Shown here in pieces: positions 1 to 11,440 of a DNA stretch of 64,000 nt. The DNA comes from Octopus sinensis (Eukaryota), in contig NC_043001.1 of NCBI RefSeq assembly GCF_006345805.1, forward strand, positions 7,998,001-8,062,000. Direction: 5' to 3'. Each line of letters opens with the position of its first letter. Positions within the stretch are counted from its first letter, which is position 1. Position numbers and translations under genes: made by a program. The notes under the pieces were generated by a model that worked only from the letters and a program-made list of their open reading frames with translations, made no database searches and had not been told where the DNA came from.

Positions 1-618
1 AGATAGATCTATAGTTTAATGTTAGCTGCCACGTTTTACTTGACACAATATTATTCCTTAATGATATTTTCCCCTCTTCAGTTAATTTATGTATATCTTG
101 TTTCTAGTAGGCTTGAGAGATGCACATTGTTGAAGTAAGATAGATAGATAGACAGATATATATATATAGATAGATAGATAGATTGATAGATAGGAAGATG
201 GACTGACAGACAGTTACAGAGAGAAGTAAGGAGAAATAGTGAAATAAATAAGAGACATGTATGTATGTATGGTGTAAGGTGCGTGTGACCGTTTGCGTGC
301 TTCTGTCTTTGACTGCATATAGTTGGAAATGTATATTCACAGCCTTATGTAGGAATATATTTCCAAGTAACATAATTTATAGAAGAAAATATTGCACTTC
401 CTCGCAGAAATGATAATGTTGCTGGTCATATAGCATCTCATCATTCTGTACTTTATTTGTATCTGCCTTTTATTCATATACTTCATGTTTCATTTAGTTT
501 CTGTACGTTACTCAATGACAATAGACATTTATTTACATTCTTTCATTTTATATCTCTTATACGATCACACACACAAATGTGTATACACAAACACACACAC
601 ATGCGCTTCTATTCAATA

Positions 619-649
<31 letters not shown>

Positions 650-668
650 ATATAATATATATATATAT

Positions 669-717
<49 letters not shown>

Positions 718-905
718 TGTGTGTGTGTGTGTGTGTATGTATAAACAATAATAAATCCCTGACTGAGGTATAAACAGTAGCTGCAACACATCGTGAAGTA
801 TATTTGCCACAGTAGCATCCACCCTTAGGGGTCTAGCCACATTTACGTGGCAAATATACTTCACTATATATATATTTTTGTATCTTTATATCTATACATC
901 TATCT

Positions 906-972
<67 letters not shown>

Positions 973-975
<3 letters not shown>

Positions 976-1154
976 TGTTGGCCAGAAGTTACCTGACAGT
1001 AAATCAAAACTATTTAATACTTAGATTATAGGAAAAGATTATAACTCACAACATTCAATTATGAAACGTTCATAATTGGAATGAATAAATGAAATTAAAT
1101 ATTAAGTATTTATGGAATTTTGATTTACTTTCGGATAACTTTTGGCCAACCATG
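973..1154. mobile_element. Tc1-type MITE
   Basis: About 36-bp imperfect TIRs (cagtgttggccagaagttacctgacagtaaatcaaa / tttgatttactttcggataacttttggccaaccatg), a CAGTG start preceded by TA, and an AT-rich interior. Confidence 0.7.
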
Positions 1155-3274
1155 TCTATAGGGATTGAGTTAGAGAATCTCTACAAAAGAGGAAACTAGT
1201 AATTATACCGAGAAGTAATATTTCTCGCCACTTTAACATGGCTTTTCCGTAGGAACCGACGTTTCTACTTTCATTAAGTGTGCTAAATGTTTTTCATTTT
1301 TTAATATAGTGTTACTATCAGGTTTTTCTTGGGACATTATGTAGTATAGCGCTGCCTTACCACATGATTTCCGTCGAATACATTCGCGGACGGAGTTTAG
1401 CAAGAACCTCGGTACACAAGCGTTTATGCTACATGGTTTAATATTAGCTTCCACGTTTTACTTGACACAGTATTAATCCTTAATGATATTTTCCTTGTTC
1501 AGTTAGTTTAAGTATAACTTGTTCCTAGTAGACTTGTGACATGAACATTGTGAAGTTAACGACATACTTGTTAGATAAATATAGTGCAGAATATGTTTGA
1601 ATCATATATCTTATGTTGTCCCGGAAGAATTTAATGCCATGAATAAAACTAATATATTTTAAGTAGTGTAAATGTGCTCCGTATATCAGTTATTCTCTGG
1701 TAAATGCTGTCGTTTGTTCTGTGGAAATTATAACTTCATTCAAATGCTTATTTCATAAATTTGTTATACTGGATTCCCTTTAATATTATAAAATTGCTTA
1801 AATCTATGCATTCCGTTATAAATAATGGCTTTGATCGATTGCATAGCCCACGTTTGTACATTCATCTGAATAAATCGTTTAAATACCATAATAACTCTGC
1901 TTTAGATAGCCACAGTTTGTCCACATTTCTCATATAAAAATCCATATCAAAATTCTCTGTTTCTTTGTAGACAAAATTCGTTATGCAAAACACTTTATGT
2001 TCAGATTTAACGGTCAATGATAACATAAAAGGGAATATTGAAATCGTTTCAGTTACAAGGTTTACTGTATTTGCTCTGTCTATGCCTAACATTGATTCAA
2101 CGTGCTGAATAAATAAATTTATTTCCTCTTAAAAACACCAATGTGCAATGCAACTCATGCTTTCTGCGCAGTACCGGCAATACATTTTACGTTTATGCGA
2201 ATACAAACATTTAGACATCATTTCACGAATACATATTTTCATATCTTTTCAAAATAAATTCCCCAACTTTCGTCCATATGTGCTTATATTTATATTTTAA
2301 ACGATATTCATAATAAGGGAAACACAGTGAAAAACGCAGCAGTAATTTTATGATTTCGAGTACATTTTTATCTCAATATACAGACAGTAATGTGATTAAT
2401 GATGAGCTGCCAACGAGTGAATCAATGAGACTTTGCAACTCTTCCAGCGGGAACAATGAACGTAACCTCCTGATAGCCAAGCGAATATCAACAAGAAAAT
2501 GTTTGCTATAATATGGAACTAGGAGATACAAAATTCTCAATCAAACGCTTTAAGCAAACTGCCTTCGTTGATCCTATATTAAACCATGTAATTCTAAATA
2601 TGTGCATTGCATTCAAATTTCAAAAGGCAATAAAAGATTATTTCCATCAAATGAAATACGCTGTTTACTATACGGATATGTTCCAACTTTGTTGTTCGTG
2701 CTGTATTAATGTGACACAAATACAACGAAATCATAAAATATTCAAAGAGCTTGGTTGCTTTTGGTACTATTTTATTCAGAGTATTAAATTTGAAAATAGG
2801 TACTTAGAATATTTTAAGAATTATATTCTCTGGAAAATACTTCCTAAATCCTTATTATTCATAATGTGCCACTTATTTCATGCATGAATTTATATCATTC
2901 CGATTAAATATTCGTACATTTATGAGGTTAGGCCACTATTAGATTAATTTATTGAAATTTACAAGCAAATACATTTTCCCAAAGAGATCCACATGGCATT
3001 TGTAAAAGTTGAAATACATATTTAGATACTTTCCCTGAGTGTTGCCTCAAGCAAAGGACTGCTTAAAATCAAGTATGAAAATTGAACAGGACCATTTTCG
3101 CCATTGTATTGTATCTCGAATGTTAGGAAATACATAAACGCAATAACAAATAATTGACTCGCTATGTGTCGGTCATTTTATATCGATTTGTTTCTGAGAT
3201 TTTCGTCAACACCTTCATAATCTGTTCCATGCAAATATATACATATATACACCTACACATATTTACTCACACAC

Positions 3275-3342
3275 ACACCTACTGACTCACACACACACAC
3301 ACACCTACTGACTCACACACACACACCTACTGACTCACACAC
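3275..3342 (+). repeat. Minisatellite of CCTACTGACT(CA)n, three units
   Basis: cctactgact(ca)n repeated three times with variable CA length. Confidence 0.9.
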
Positions 3343-6300
3343 ATATTATTATATACATACAATTATTGGAATTTATATATACACTTGTGTGTTTCTGTAT
3401 GTGTATGCGTGTGATGGGTGTACGCGCGCATACATATTTGCATATATAGTAACGGTCATGTGCAAATATTTATTTGTATATTTCCAGTTTTGATGGTTTA
3501 GTAAGTTTCATTGTAACACAGGTATTTCGAAGTATGCCGAACCTAAAATAGCAACGATCTAAATCACATCAGCTTCTTTCTAACTTTTTAATGGTACCTT
3601 GAGCTATATATATTTCGCATTATGTTTATACTGATATATTGTTATATTTGTCGAGAAAAAACTCTTGCTTTTAATAACATGTTAGCGATCATATAAAAGT
3701 GTCTGTCTGTCTTCACAGACATATCGTCATATATACGAACTATTTTGAAAAGAGATGATTTCGGGAAGCTTTTCCTGTCCATATTTACATGCTCATGTAT
3801 TTACCTACTTTCTTTATGCATTACCAATGTAAAACAACATAATAATGTATGCATGTATGTGTACGCAAATTCCTTGTTGCAGTCGGCTGTTTTTGATTTA
3901 ACAGTGTGTGAAGCTTCATGCCCTATTTTGATGTAAACCTCATGACATTCATCACCATCTAGGTGTTGAAGAATTTCAATTCTGAACAAATTGTGAACTG
4001 AAAGTCGGGCCACTATAATGAGTTCTGCTTTGCTTGACAAAGGAAACATATTTTGTGGACATGAGTTTACACAGGAAATCCTTCATTTTTATTTAAAATA
4101 GTCAGAAGCATCACACAAAATATTATATTGACTGTAAACTGCTGGTTTTATCTTCAGCCATTTATCATTGACAACATCGGGTGTTGAGTTATGCTAGTTT
4201 TATATTTTGAGGTGACTATTCATTCGTTTATTTCTGAAATAATATCTGTCCGTTAAATTCATCAATGTTTGTGATAATTGTCATCCACTTCCCTTCGACA
4301 TCTAAAATGTGTTTCAAGTTAGAAAGAGTTTCTGAAATTCTCCGCGCTACTTCCATCTTTCCTCCAGATTCTGAGGCTGTAGTTCGTCGGTTATAGATGG
4401 AATAGAGCTCAAAGGATGACGTAAACATAGCTCCTTCAGTAATCCAGATTTTCCTCTATAAGAACGGAATACGAGTGATTGGTTCCGTACATTCGACTAT
4501 ACTCATCAGGCATGCTCTATCACGTTTGCTTGGCGATATTTCTTGATGTCTGTCATACATCTTGGTGATGAGTAATCAACTGCCACTTAGATTAGAGTTT
4601 ATTTATTTATTTATTTTTTTGGTGTTTCGCTATGTGAGTGATGCCCAAGTAGTAGTAGTGAGCGTATTTGTACTCAGACGTCACCTGCTCCTGGAGTAAC
4701 TGATAAGTTTAAGCAGTTTAAAAAGTTTCCGGTGACTTTTATGGCTTGATGTAGTTTACGTGGTTATTGACATGTCAGTCATCCGTCTCTCTATCTAATA
4801 ATCCTATAATGCTAATCTAGTGACTGCTTTACCTTGGTGGACTTCGAATCTACTCCTCTAAAAGAATTCATAATTAGTGGCCGTGCGTTTTGGAGATCGA
4901 CGAATCTGGAAGTCGGGAATACTTCAGCCAACTTCACCTGAATTTGATGCATAATGCCTCCATCGATTCCATTTGTGATATTAAGAACTTATTAGAGAAC
5001 ACATCAACTCATCTGCATCGAAATGCAAATCACTGCTCAATGTTTCCGCAGACCAACAATTGTAAAAACAACTCTTTTGATAGATGCATGTATCTTTATA
5101 TTTGTGCTCATAATTTTCTCTATATAAAATTTAGCATGTGAAAAACATTGCCAATTCGTTATATTGCCAGGCGTTTCAGAGACGAAGTTCAGAAAAAATG
5201 AGAAAATATCACCATATGTATTCAAAATATTATCATATTTTGTTTTGGAAGGGAGAATCTGACAGAAACACCAAATGATTGGTGACATGGAATACTGATG
5301 TAACTGTGAAGATGATATAATATATCCAATGTAAATACGCAGCAGCTGTTCACAATTCTATCTACATATAATATTGGTTTTCCATAAATCGTTCGATATT
5401 TTTTCTCTCATACGCATTGTCGTTATGTAGCCTTGATCTGTTACCATCCTTCTCTGTTTTACATGTGTTATATTAATTCTAGATATCATCTATGTTATGA
5501 CCTATCTTCAGCACATGAAATACAGTTTCATATTTAACTTAATATGATATTAGCAAATAGTGTAGTGAGTAAGAAGAGAGACAATCTGTGCATCATTATA
5601 TTCCTGTGCCAGAATTGTCCTAGAATACGCTATCATATTGATTATCGGAGAAAACACAAAGCGAAGTTATATGTACATAAAACAATATAGTTTTGATTAA
5701 TAACGTGCAGTACCTAAAGCTGTTGCACATTATTCACCTAAACCGCTTTATCGAATAGCTTCAATGAATGATTGGTGAATATTCGAATGGAGAATTCGTA
5801 CGAAGGACAACGTTCTCAAATGTTTTAAAAACTTTAATGTGTGCATGCGCGAGTGTGTGTCTGTGTGTGTTTGTGTCTATGTGTTTGTGCGTGTATGGTA
5901 TGTGTGTGTGTGTCTGTGTGTGAAACTTAACACCTATATTAAAGATTACAAATACATTAAAAAAATCCCCAAAAATGATGAATGTTGGGAGCTATTTGAA
6001 ATAACGAAGCGTTAACTCCGGTTCCTTCATAAACTCACAATCTCGACTATTTTTCAAGTCAGTTGCAAGTTATGTACTTTTGCCTCTTCCAGTCTTACTG
6101 AATCTTCTAAACTTTTTACAGATGCACAGCTTTAGTGAAATCAAATGATTCATATTCTACGGTTCAAATTATTGAAAACTCATCTACTGTAAGGCAGAGA
6201 GGTAGTATATGGACGAGAGTCAAAGAGAAAGTGCAGTACTATACAATTGTTAATCATTCTTGCATTAGGGAACATAGCCATCTTTTTTTTTAATAAGATG

Positions 6301-6444
6301 CATATTACGTAATAAAAAAAGATCAGTTATTGAGATCATTTTTCACTCAATTCGAAGAAAGGAGATTCCATCATCATTTGCAACGGGATGTGCTGGATGT
6401 AAAACAGAATTCAATATATTTTATGATATATAATTGAATATATA

Positions 6445-6615
6445 GGCGCAGGAGTGGCTGTGTGGTAAGTAACTTGCTAACCAACCACATGGATCCGGGT
6501 TCGGTCCCACTGCGTGGCGTCTTGGGCAAGTGTCTTCTGCTATAGCCCCGGGCCGACCAATGCTTTGTGAGGGGATTTGGTAGACGGAAACTGAAAGAAC
6601 CCTGTCGTATATAAG

Positions 6616-6699
<84 letters not shown>

Positions 6700-6939
6700 A
6701 TATGTGTGTGTGTGTGGTGTGTGTTTGTGTGTCTGTGTTTGTCCCCCTAGCATTGCTTGACAACCGATGCTGGTGTGTTTACGTCCCCGTCACTTAGCAG
6801 TTCGGCAAAAGAGACCGATAGAATAAGCACTGGGCTTACAAAGAATACGTCCCGGGGTCGATTTGCTCGACTAAAGGCGGTGCTCCAGCATGGCCGCAGT
6901 CAAAAAATGACTGAAACAAGTAAAAGAGTAAAGAGTAAG
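6445..6939 (+). mobile_element. tRNA-derived CORE-type SINE with internal (TA)n(TG)n tract and LINE-like 3' tail (family A)
   Basis: A-box tggctgtgtgg, B-box ggttcggtccc, CORE-like cttgggcaagtgtctt, internal microsatellite, and tail ccagcatggccgcagtca...tgactgaaacaagtaaaagagt. At least seven homologous copies occur in the window. Confidence 0.9.
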
Positions 6940-7764
6940 ATTATATATAATACGTGCAGTCATATGTCTCAAATATCATTTTTAAAGGAATGCTCTACTA
7001 ACATCATTATGTATTATGCGTTGCATTTATGCAGTCTAAGGTATAAGTCTGTGTGTGCATGTATGTGTGTGTCAGAGAGAGAGAGAAGGGGAGAGAGAGG
7101 AGGAGGAGAGAAACAAAGAGATGTAGATAGAGAGAGAAACTACAACGGGTGTAGGTAACATTCGGGATTCCAGCGGAACCTAACACCATTTTCGGAATGT
7201 TGGATATTTGGTTTCTATTATTCCATGTTCTTCCACTGACTTTTGCATTTGCTGGACATTTAATTGGATTGAGATAGTAGGGAGTGTAAATTTAGTCACT
7301 CATTTCCCCAGGTGTTGTGGAAGAAATATATAATCATCGGAAACATGTTCCATGGTAAATCATCTTCAATGGTGTATAATGATAGAAACGGGCCGAAATT
7401 TTTGTTAATGTTCACAAACTATTTTCTCCTAATAATACGCATAGCAGTATCTCATATTTTCAACGGTGAATATCCATTTCCCTCGCCTTGCGTTCGTTTC
7501 ATACATCAGTAAGCAACTATGCAGCTCTGATTTCGTTCAAGCATTTTTCTTTTTTCACCAGGACTGAATTGTCTGCTGCGATTCTACAATCTTTATGCCT
7601 TTGTTTATGTTTTTGTTCTAAGATTCCTTGTACTGCGGCTGCAGTAAGAAACAACAGAATATATGTTTGCTTCAGTAGACGGCAATATCGACATCAGTTC
7701 TCTATGAAGGTTTTGTAGCTAACATAGAAGTATTGGTATTTCAATTTAGAGTGTTGCTGGTAGT

Positions 7765-8133
7765 GGTGGTGCAATGGCCCAGTGGTTAGGGCAGCGGACT
7801 CGCGGTCTCGATTCCCAGACCGGGCAATGTGAGTGTTTATTGAGCGAAAACACCTAAAAGCTCCACGACGTTCCGTCAGGGGATGGTGGTGAACCCTGCT
7901 GTACTCTTCCACTACAACTTTTTCTCACTCTTACTTCCTGTTTCTGTTGTACCTGTATTTCAAGGGGCCGGCCTTGTCACTCTCTGTGTCACGCTGAATA
8001 TCCCCGAGAACTACGTTAAGGGTGCACGTGTCTGTGGAGTGCTCAGCCACTTACACGTTAATTTCACGAGCAGGCTGTTCCGTTGATTCGGATCAACCGG
8101 AACCCTCATCGTCGTAACCGACGGAGTGCTTCC
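7765..8133 (+). mobile_element. tRNA-derived SINE, family B (distinct head)
   Basis: A-box tggcccagtgg and partially deleted B-box (tcgattccc), followed by a unique body ending gtcgtaaccgacggagtgc. Confidence 0.8.
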
Positions 8134-8216
8134 AAAAAGATTGGAAGAGAGTTTGTTGTTGTTTTTATATTGTTGCTGATTATTTTTCCTTCTTCTTTTG
8201 TATCATTTATTTGTTT

Positions 8217-8390
8217 TAGTCATTAGATTGCGGTCATGCTGGAGCATCGTCATGAAGAATTTTCAGTAGAAAGTATCGACCCACGTACATATTTTTGAAG
8301 AGCCTGTCTTTTTGCTAAACCGCTAAGTTACGGAGACGTAAACACACGAGAACCGGACGTCAACAGGTGGTGCACGATAAACACAACCAC
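8217..8390 (-). mobile_element. Diverged SINE family A 3' half
   Basis: ttagtcattagattgcggtcatgctggagcatcg...aaaccgctaagttacggagacgtaaacac matches the reverse complement of the family A tail. Confidence 0.7.
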
Positions 8391-8424
8391 GGACACACTC
8401 ACATGCACACAGACACACACACAC

Positions 8425-8467
<43 letters not shown>

Positions 8468-8629
8468 TGAAATATATATATTTATGTGTGTGTATGTATG
8501 TGAGTATATATATATATACGTTTATATATTTGTTGTGCAATATTTTTTATTGGCTAAGTTTGTTCTTTTTTTTTAATGTCTTTCAATAAACCAAGGTATG
8601 TTTACATATGACCATTCCGAATTATAACA

Positions 8630-8686
<57 letters not shown>

Positions 8687-8929
8687 GTTCTGGAATCTTA
8701 CAACACAATGTTATTTTCTTGTAAGGAATAACCAAATTCTGTCGCAACGAATAAATTACTTCCAACCGTTATTAATTTCAAAAAAACACAAGAAGTAGAG
8801 ATAGCTTGGTTTATTGGAAGACATTAAAAAAAAAGAACAAACTTAAGTTCACTCTGGACAGAAATCTTCATGGCACCAAATGAATTTAAATAATAATAGC
8901 AATAATAATGATAGACTCAATACTAATAA

Positions 8930-9466
8930 TAATGCACTGATGCAGTACCAGGCAGTGGCTCTGATGGCTTCTGATCTTAACTGATTGGAAGTGTTATCAT
9001 GTACATTGTTTTGTCTTGGTATGTTTGCTTCAGCGAATATTCTGCTCAATACCACAGATTTGCTTGTCAGTTGTTTGACCATAACCAGTTGACCATGTCC
9101 CTTAGTGGCTGACTATATGTGCATCTCTGATAACGAGCAGGGGTAGTGGGGAGGCATCTTAGCCACGTGTTGAAAGGGATTGTTTGGGGTTTGAATGATT
9201 CACTACTGTAACCATGGGTGTTTTGTTCAACATATTTAAACGACTCTTATTCCGAGAACTTTTGATTGAGATGGGTTTACCATATCCGATGAAAATTCAA
9301 ATTGTGCCTCCCCTGCAGTGTTATACGCTGTCGCGCACATATGGTTGTGATGCATGTGCCTGGTGTAACCTTATCAGACGGGTTGCCATGATGGTTGAAA
9401 ATAGGAAACACACTTCGTACATTTTACCTCAGTGTCACATTGATGACATGCACTGTTTTCTCACTC
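8930..9466. mobile_element. About 540-bp non-coding interspersed repeat bounded by (AAT)n-like tracts
   Basis: GC-richer unique block (gcactgatgcagtaccaggcagtggctc ... gcactgttttctcactc) with a degenerate AAT tract at 8890-8930 and a pure (AAT)n at 9467-9524. Recalled as a dispersed octopus repeat; not verifiable here. Confidence 0.5.
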
Positions 9467-9525
<59 letters not shown>

Positions 9526-9527
<2 letters not shown>

Positions 9528-9745
9528 TGTCTTAACTGGTACATCACACGTATTGAGAAGAGCATTGTCGATGTGAGAACTGTTGCTGCTCATGTATTTT
9601 AATTTAACTTTAAAAAAAAAAAAAATGAACGAACTATTGAGTTTGGTTTATTGGCCTACCAATGTATACTATGAGTTTCTTTGCCCTAGGAGTCGGGAAG
9701 ACACTCGGCAAGAACTGGAAGCAAATTTCAAAGAAGAAAAAAAAG
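9526..9745 (+). mobile_element. Heavily 5'-truncated copy (ORF end + 3' UTR) of the same Dong/R4 family
   Basis: Near-identical to about 40491-40724 (attgtcttaactggtacatcacacgtattgagaagagcattgtcgatgtgagaactgttgctgctcatg...gtcgggaagacactcggcaagaa). Flanked by (AAT)n at 9467-9524 and (TAA)n from 9746. Confidence 0.95.
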
Positions 9746-9784
9746 TAATAATAATAATAATAATATTAATAATAATAATAATGA

Positions 9785-10835
9785 ATCGTTTTCCCTTCCA
9801 CTATTCCAAGATACTTATAAAAGCCTTCTTGCTACAGGTCCTTGATAAATGAATAATGGTCCAGTTGTGTTGTAGAACTAAATCCAGTTTATCATGTTTG
9901 TTGGACGTATTTCCACTCTTTTCAAGGCCAAATTCTATATTCATGTAATTTCAGAATTTGTTCAGATTTACTGGTCACCCTTTCAGATCTTTTTCATCGT
10001 TTTCATACAATTTTAAATATACATACACAAGGGCGAGGTGATCTTGTCAAACAGTTTGTAACCAAAATTTTGATAATTCAGTTCGTGGGGTAATGATGCA
10101 GAGACAGAAGGGGAGGGGGAGTTTCCGCGATCTATTTTGATGCTCCCTGACACATACAGGTCTTTCTTGCGTCTTGTGTTGTAGAATAATTTTGTGTTGT
10201 CGAAATATTTAAGACTATATAGATCGTTTATATATTTATTGCCTTAAAGATCCAGCCAAATAGGACACTATCAAATGCCCAAGGATAGTCAATCTAACCT
10301 GTGCTAAGATTTCGTATTTTGGATTAGCAATTTTCGAGTAGCATACGGTTTATTAAAATCGATCTTTGCAGCCAAATGAGTTCCTTTTGCACCCCCTTTG
10401 TTCAAGGGAAAGGATGTTTTTTTTCAACGAGAAATTGATACGTTCTTTCAGTGAGGATGGATGTAAGTATTTTGTGATCGGCTTTCTGTGTCGCTTGTTT
10501 TTGGGAGGACTTATTTTATCCTTGATGTTTGCCAGCTTAGAGTCAAGTCGAGCTCTTTGATGGTGTAAGAGAACCATTCCATTAAGTGACGACGTGAATC
10601 TGATGACAAGCTATAAAACCAGAGCTTTGGAATTTCATGAGCTTTAGATAGAACTTGAATTTGTTTCTGCATTGTAATTCCGTTTCATCCCAGTTCTTTA
10701 ATCTTAGCGACTATTTCTTCGCCTCCCCCTACCCATTCAGGTTCCTTGTTGAATTCCTATCGACCGCTTCATATACTATTCCAAAATGTCACTACTTTTT
10801 TCATATCAGGCGGGTCTTTTACTTCGGACGATCGA
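9785..10835 (-). mobile_element. Older, decayed Dong/R4-type RT fragment
   Basis: Manual minus-strand translation across stops and frameshifts gives EVKDPPDMKKVVTFWNSI, EQRGCKRNSFGCKD, RNLSTG*IDYPWAFDSV, LKLYENDEKDLKG, MNIEFGLEKS and FYKYLGIVEG. These are collinear with the motifs of the young copy at 38.7-39.3 kb. Confidence 0.8.
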
Positions 10836-10840
10836 TCGAT

Positions 10841-10925
10841 TATTATTATTATTATTATTCAGGTCACTGCCTGGAATCGAACTCGGAATCTTGGGGTTAA
10901 TAGCATGCGTTCTTAACCACAATGA
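10841..10925 (-). mobile_element. tRNA-like head followed by (TAA)n, directly downstream of the PLE ORF
   Basis: Minus strand reads gtggttaagaacgcatgctattaaccccaagattccGAGTTCGATTCCaggcagtgacctgaataataat: an A-box remnant, a B-box, then TAA repeats. Confidence 0.75.
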
Positions 10926-10963
10926 TATATGCTCGTGAGCAAAAATGAAATGAATTTTAGGGG

Positions 10964-11440
10964 TTATAAATCTAATATTTTCTTATCCTTCCTTATTACT
11001 GGTACCCATATGCTGTTCATATCTGCACTCGGTCTGCTTAAGAGGTTGTTGTGTCTTAGGATATGTGCTGCTTCATTTAGTTTTCGTATCTTCCAGTGGT
11101 GTTCTCTGTCTATTATTCTAACTTCGTCTCCATTTATCCATACATGATCAGCTATACCCAATTTATCAATATCTCCTCGAGTCACAGCTTTGCGATGTTC
11201 GTCTCTCCTTATTTGGAGGGCGGAGGCATGGTTTACCTTTATATAACCTACCACAGCTGCACGGGATGGAGTACGTGCAGTTCTTAGTCATATTCTCTTC
11301 TATTAGTGGTTTTACTCGATGGAGATATGTGCGAAGTGTTGTACTACTCTTGAATGTTGTCCTGATGTCATATGGGCCGCGTATCGTTTGTATCTTGTTG
11401 GAGAGGCCTTTCACATAGGGCAGCTGTAAATAGCCAAAAA
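10964..11440 (-). pseudogene. Penelope-like element ORF C-terminus (GIY-YIG endonuclease region), frameshifted
   Basis: ORF track shows LPYVKGLSNKI...TTFKSSTTLRTYL..VKP...KNCTYSIPCSCGRLYKG, then EHRKAVTRGDIDKLGIADHVW...EVRIIDREHHWKIRKLNEAAHI. This is the typical PLE linker plus GIY-YIG pattern (VYxIPCSCG-YxG; EH; K.REA.HI). Confidence 0.85.

Noticed and set aside
4478-4520. Minus-strand CUGAUGA + GUAUA/UGUAC stem resembling a hammerhead
   Set aside because: It has GGAA instead of GAAA and no stem I or III pairing; probably chance.
6374-7158. Recurrent 'conserved' ORFs such as MTTDAGVFTSPSLS... and ...RQASFSFRLPNPLTRHWSARG... at several loci
   Set aside because: The similarity comes from SINE family A copies; these are non-coding repeats.
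7200-7720. Possible Gypsy integrase C-terminal remnant (minus-strand RQFSPGEK...) or a small plus-strand exon at 7312-7352
   Set aside because: The two readings conflict, and neither has enough motif support.
9526-10835. Twin-priming 5' inversion of a single Dong insertion
   Set aside because: The segment order is wrong for twin priming (the inverted part lies 3' of the tail), and the two parts differ greatly in divergence.
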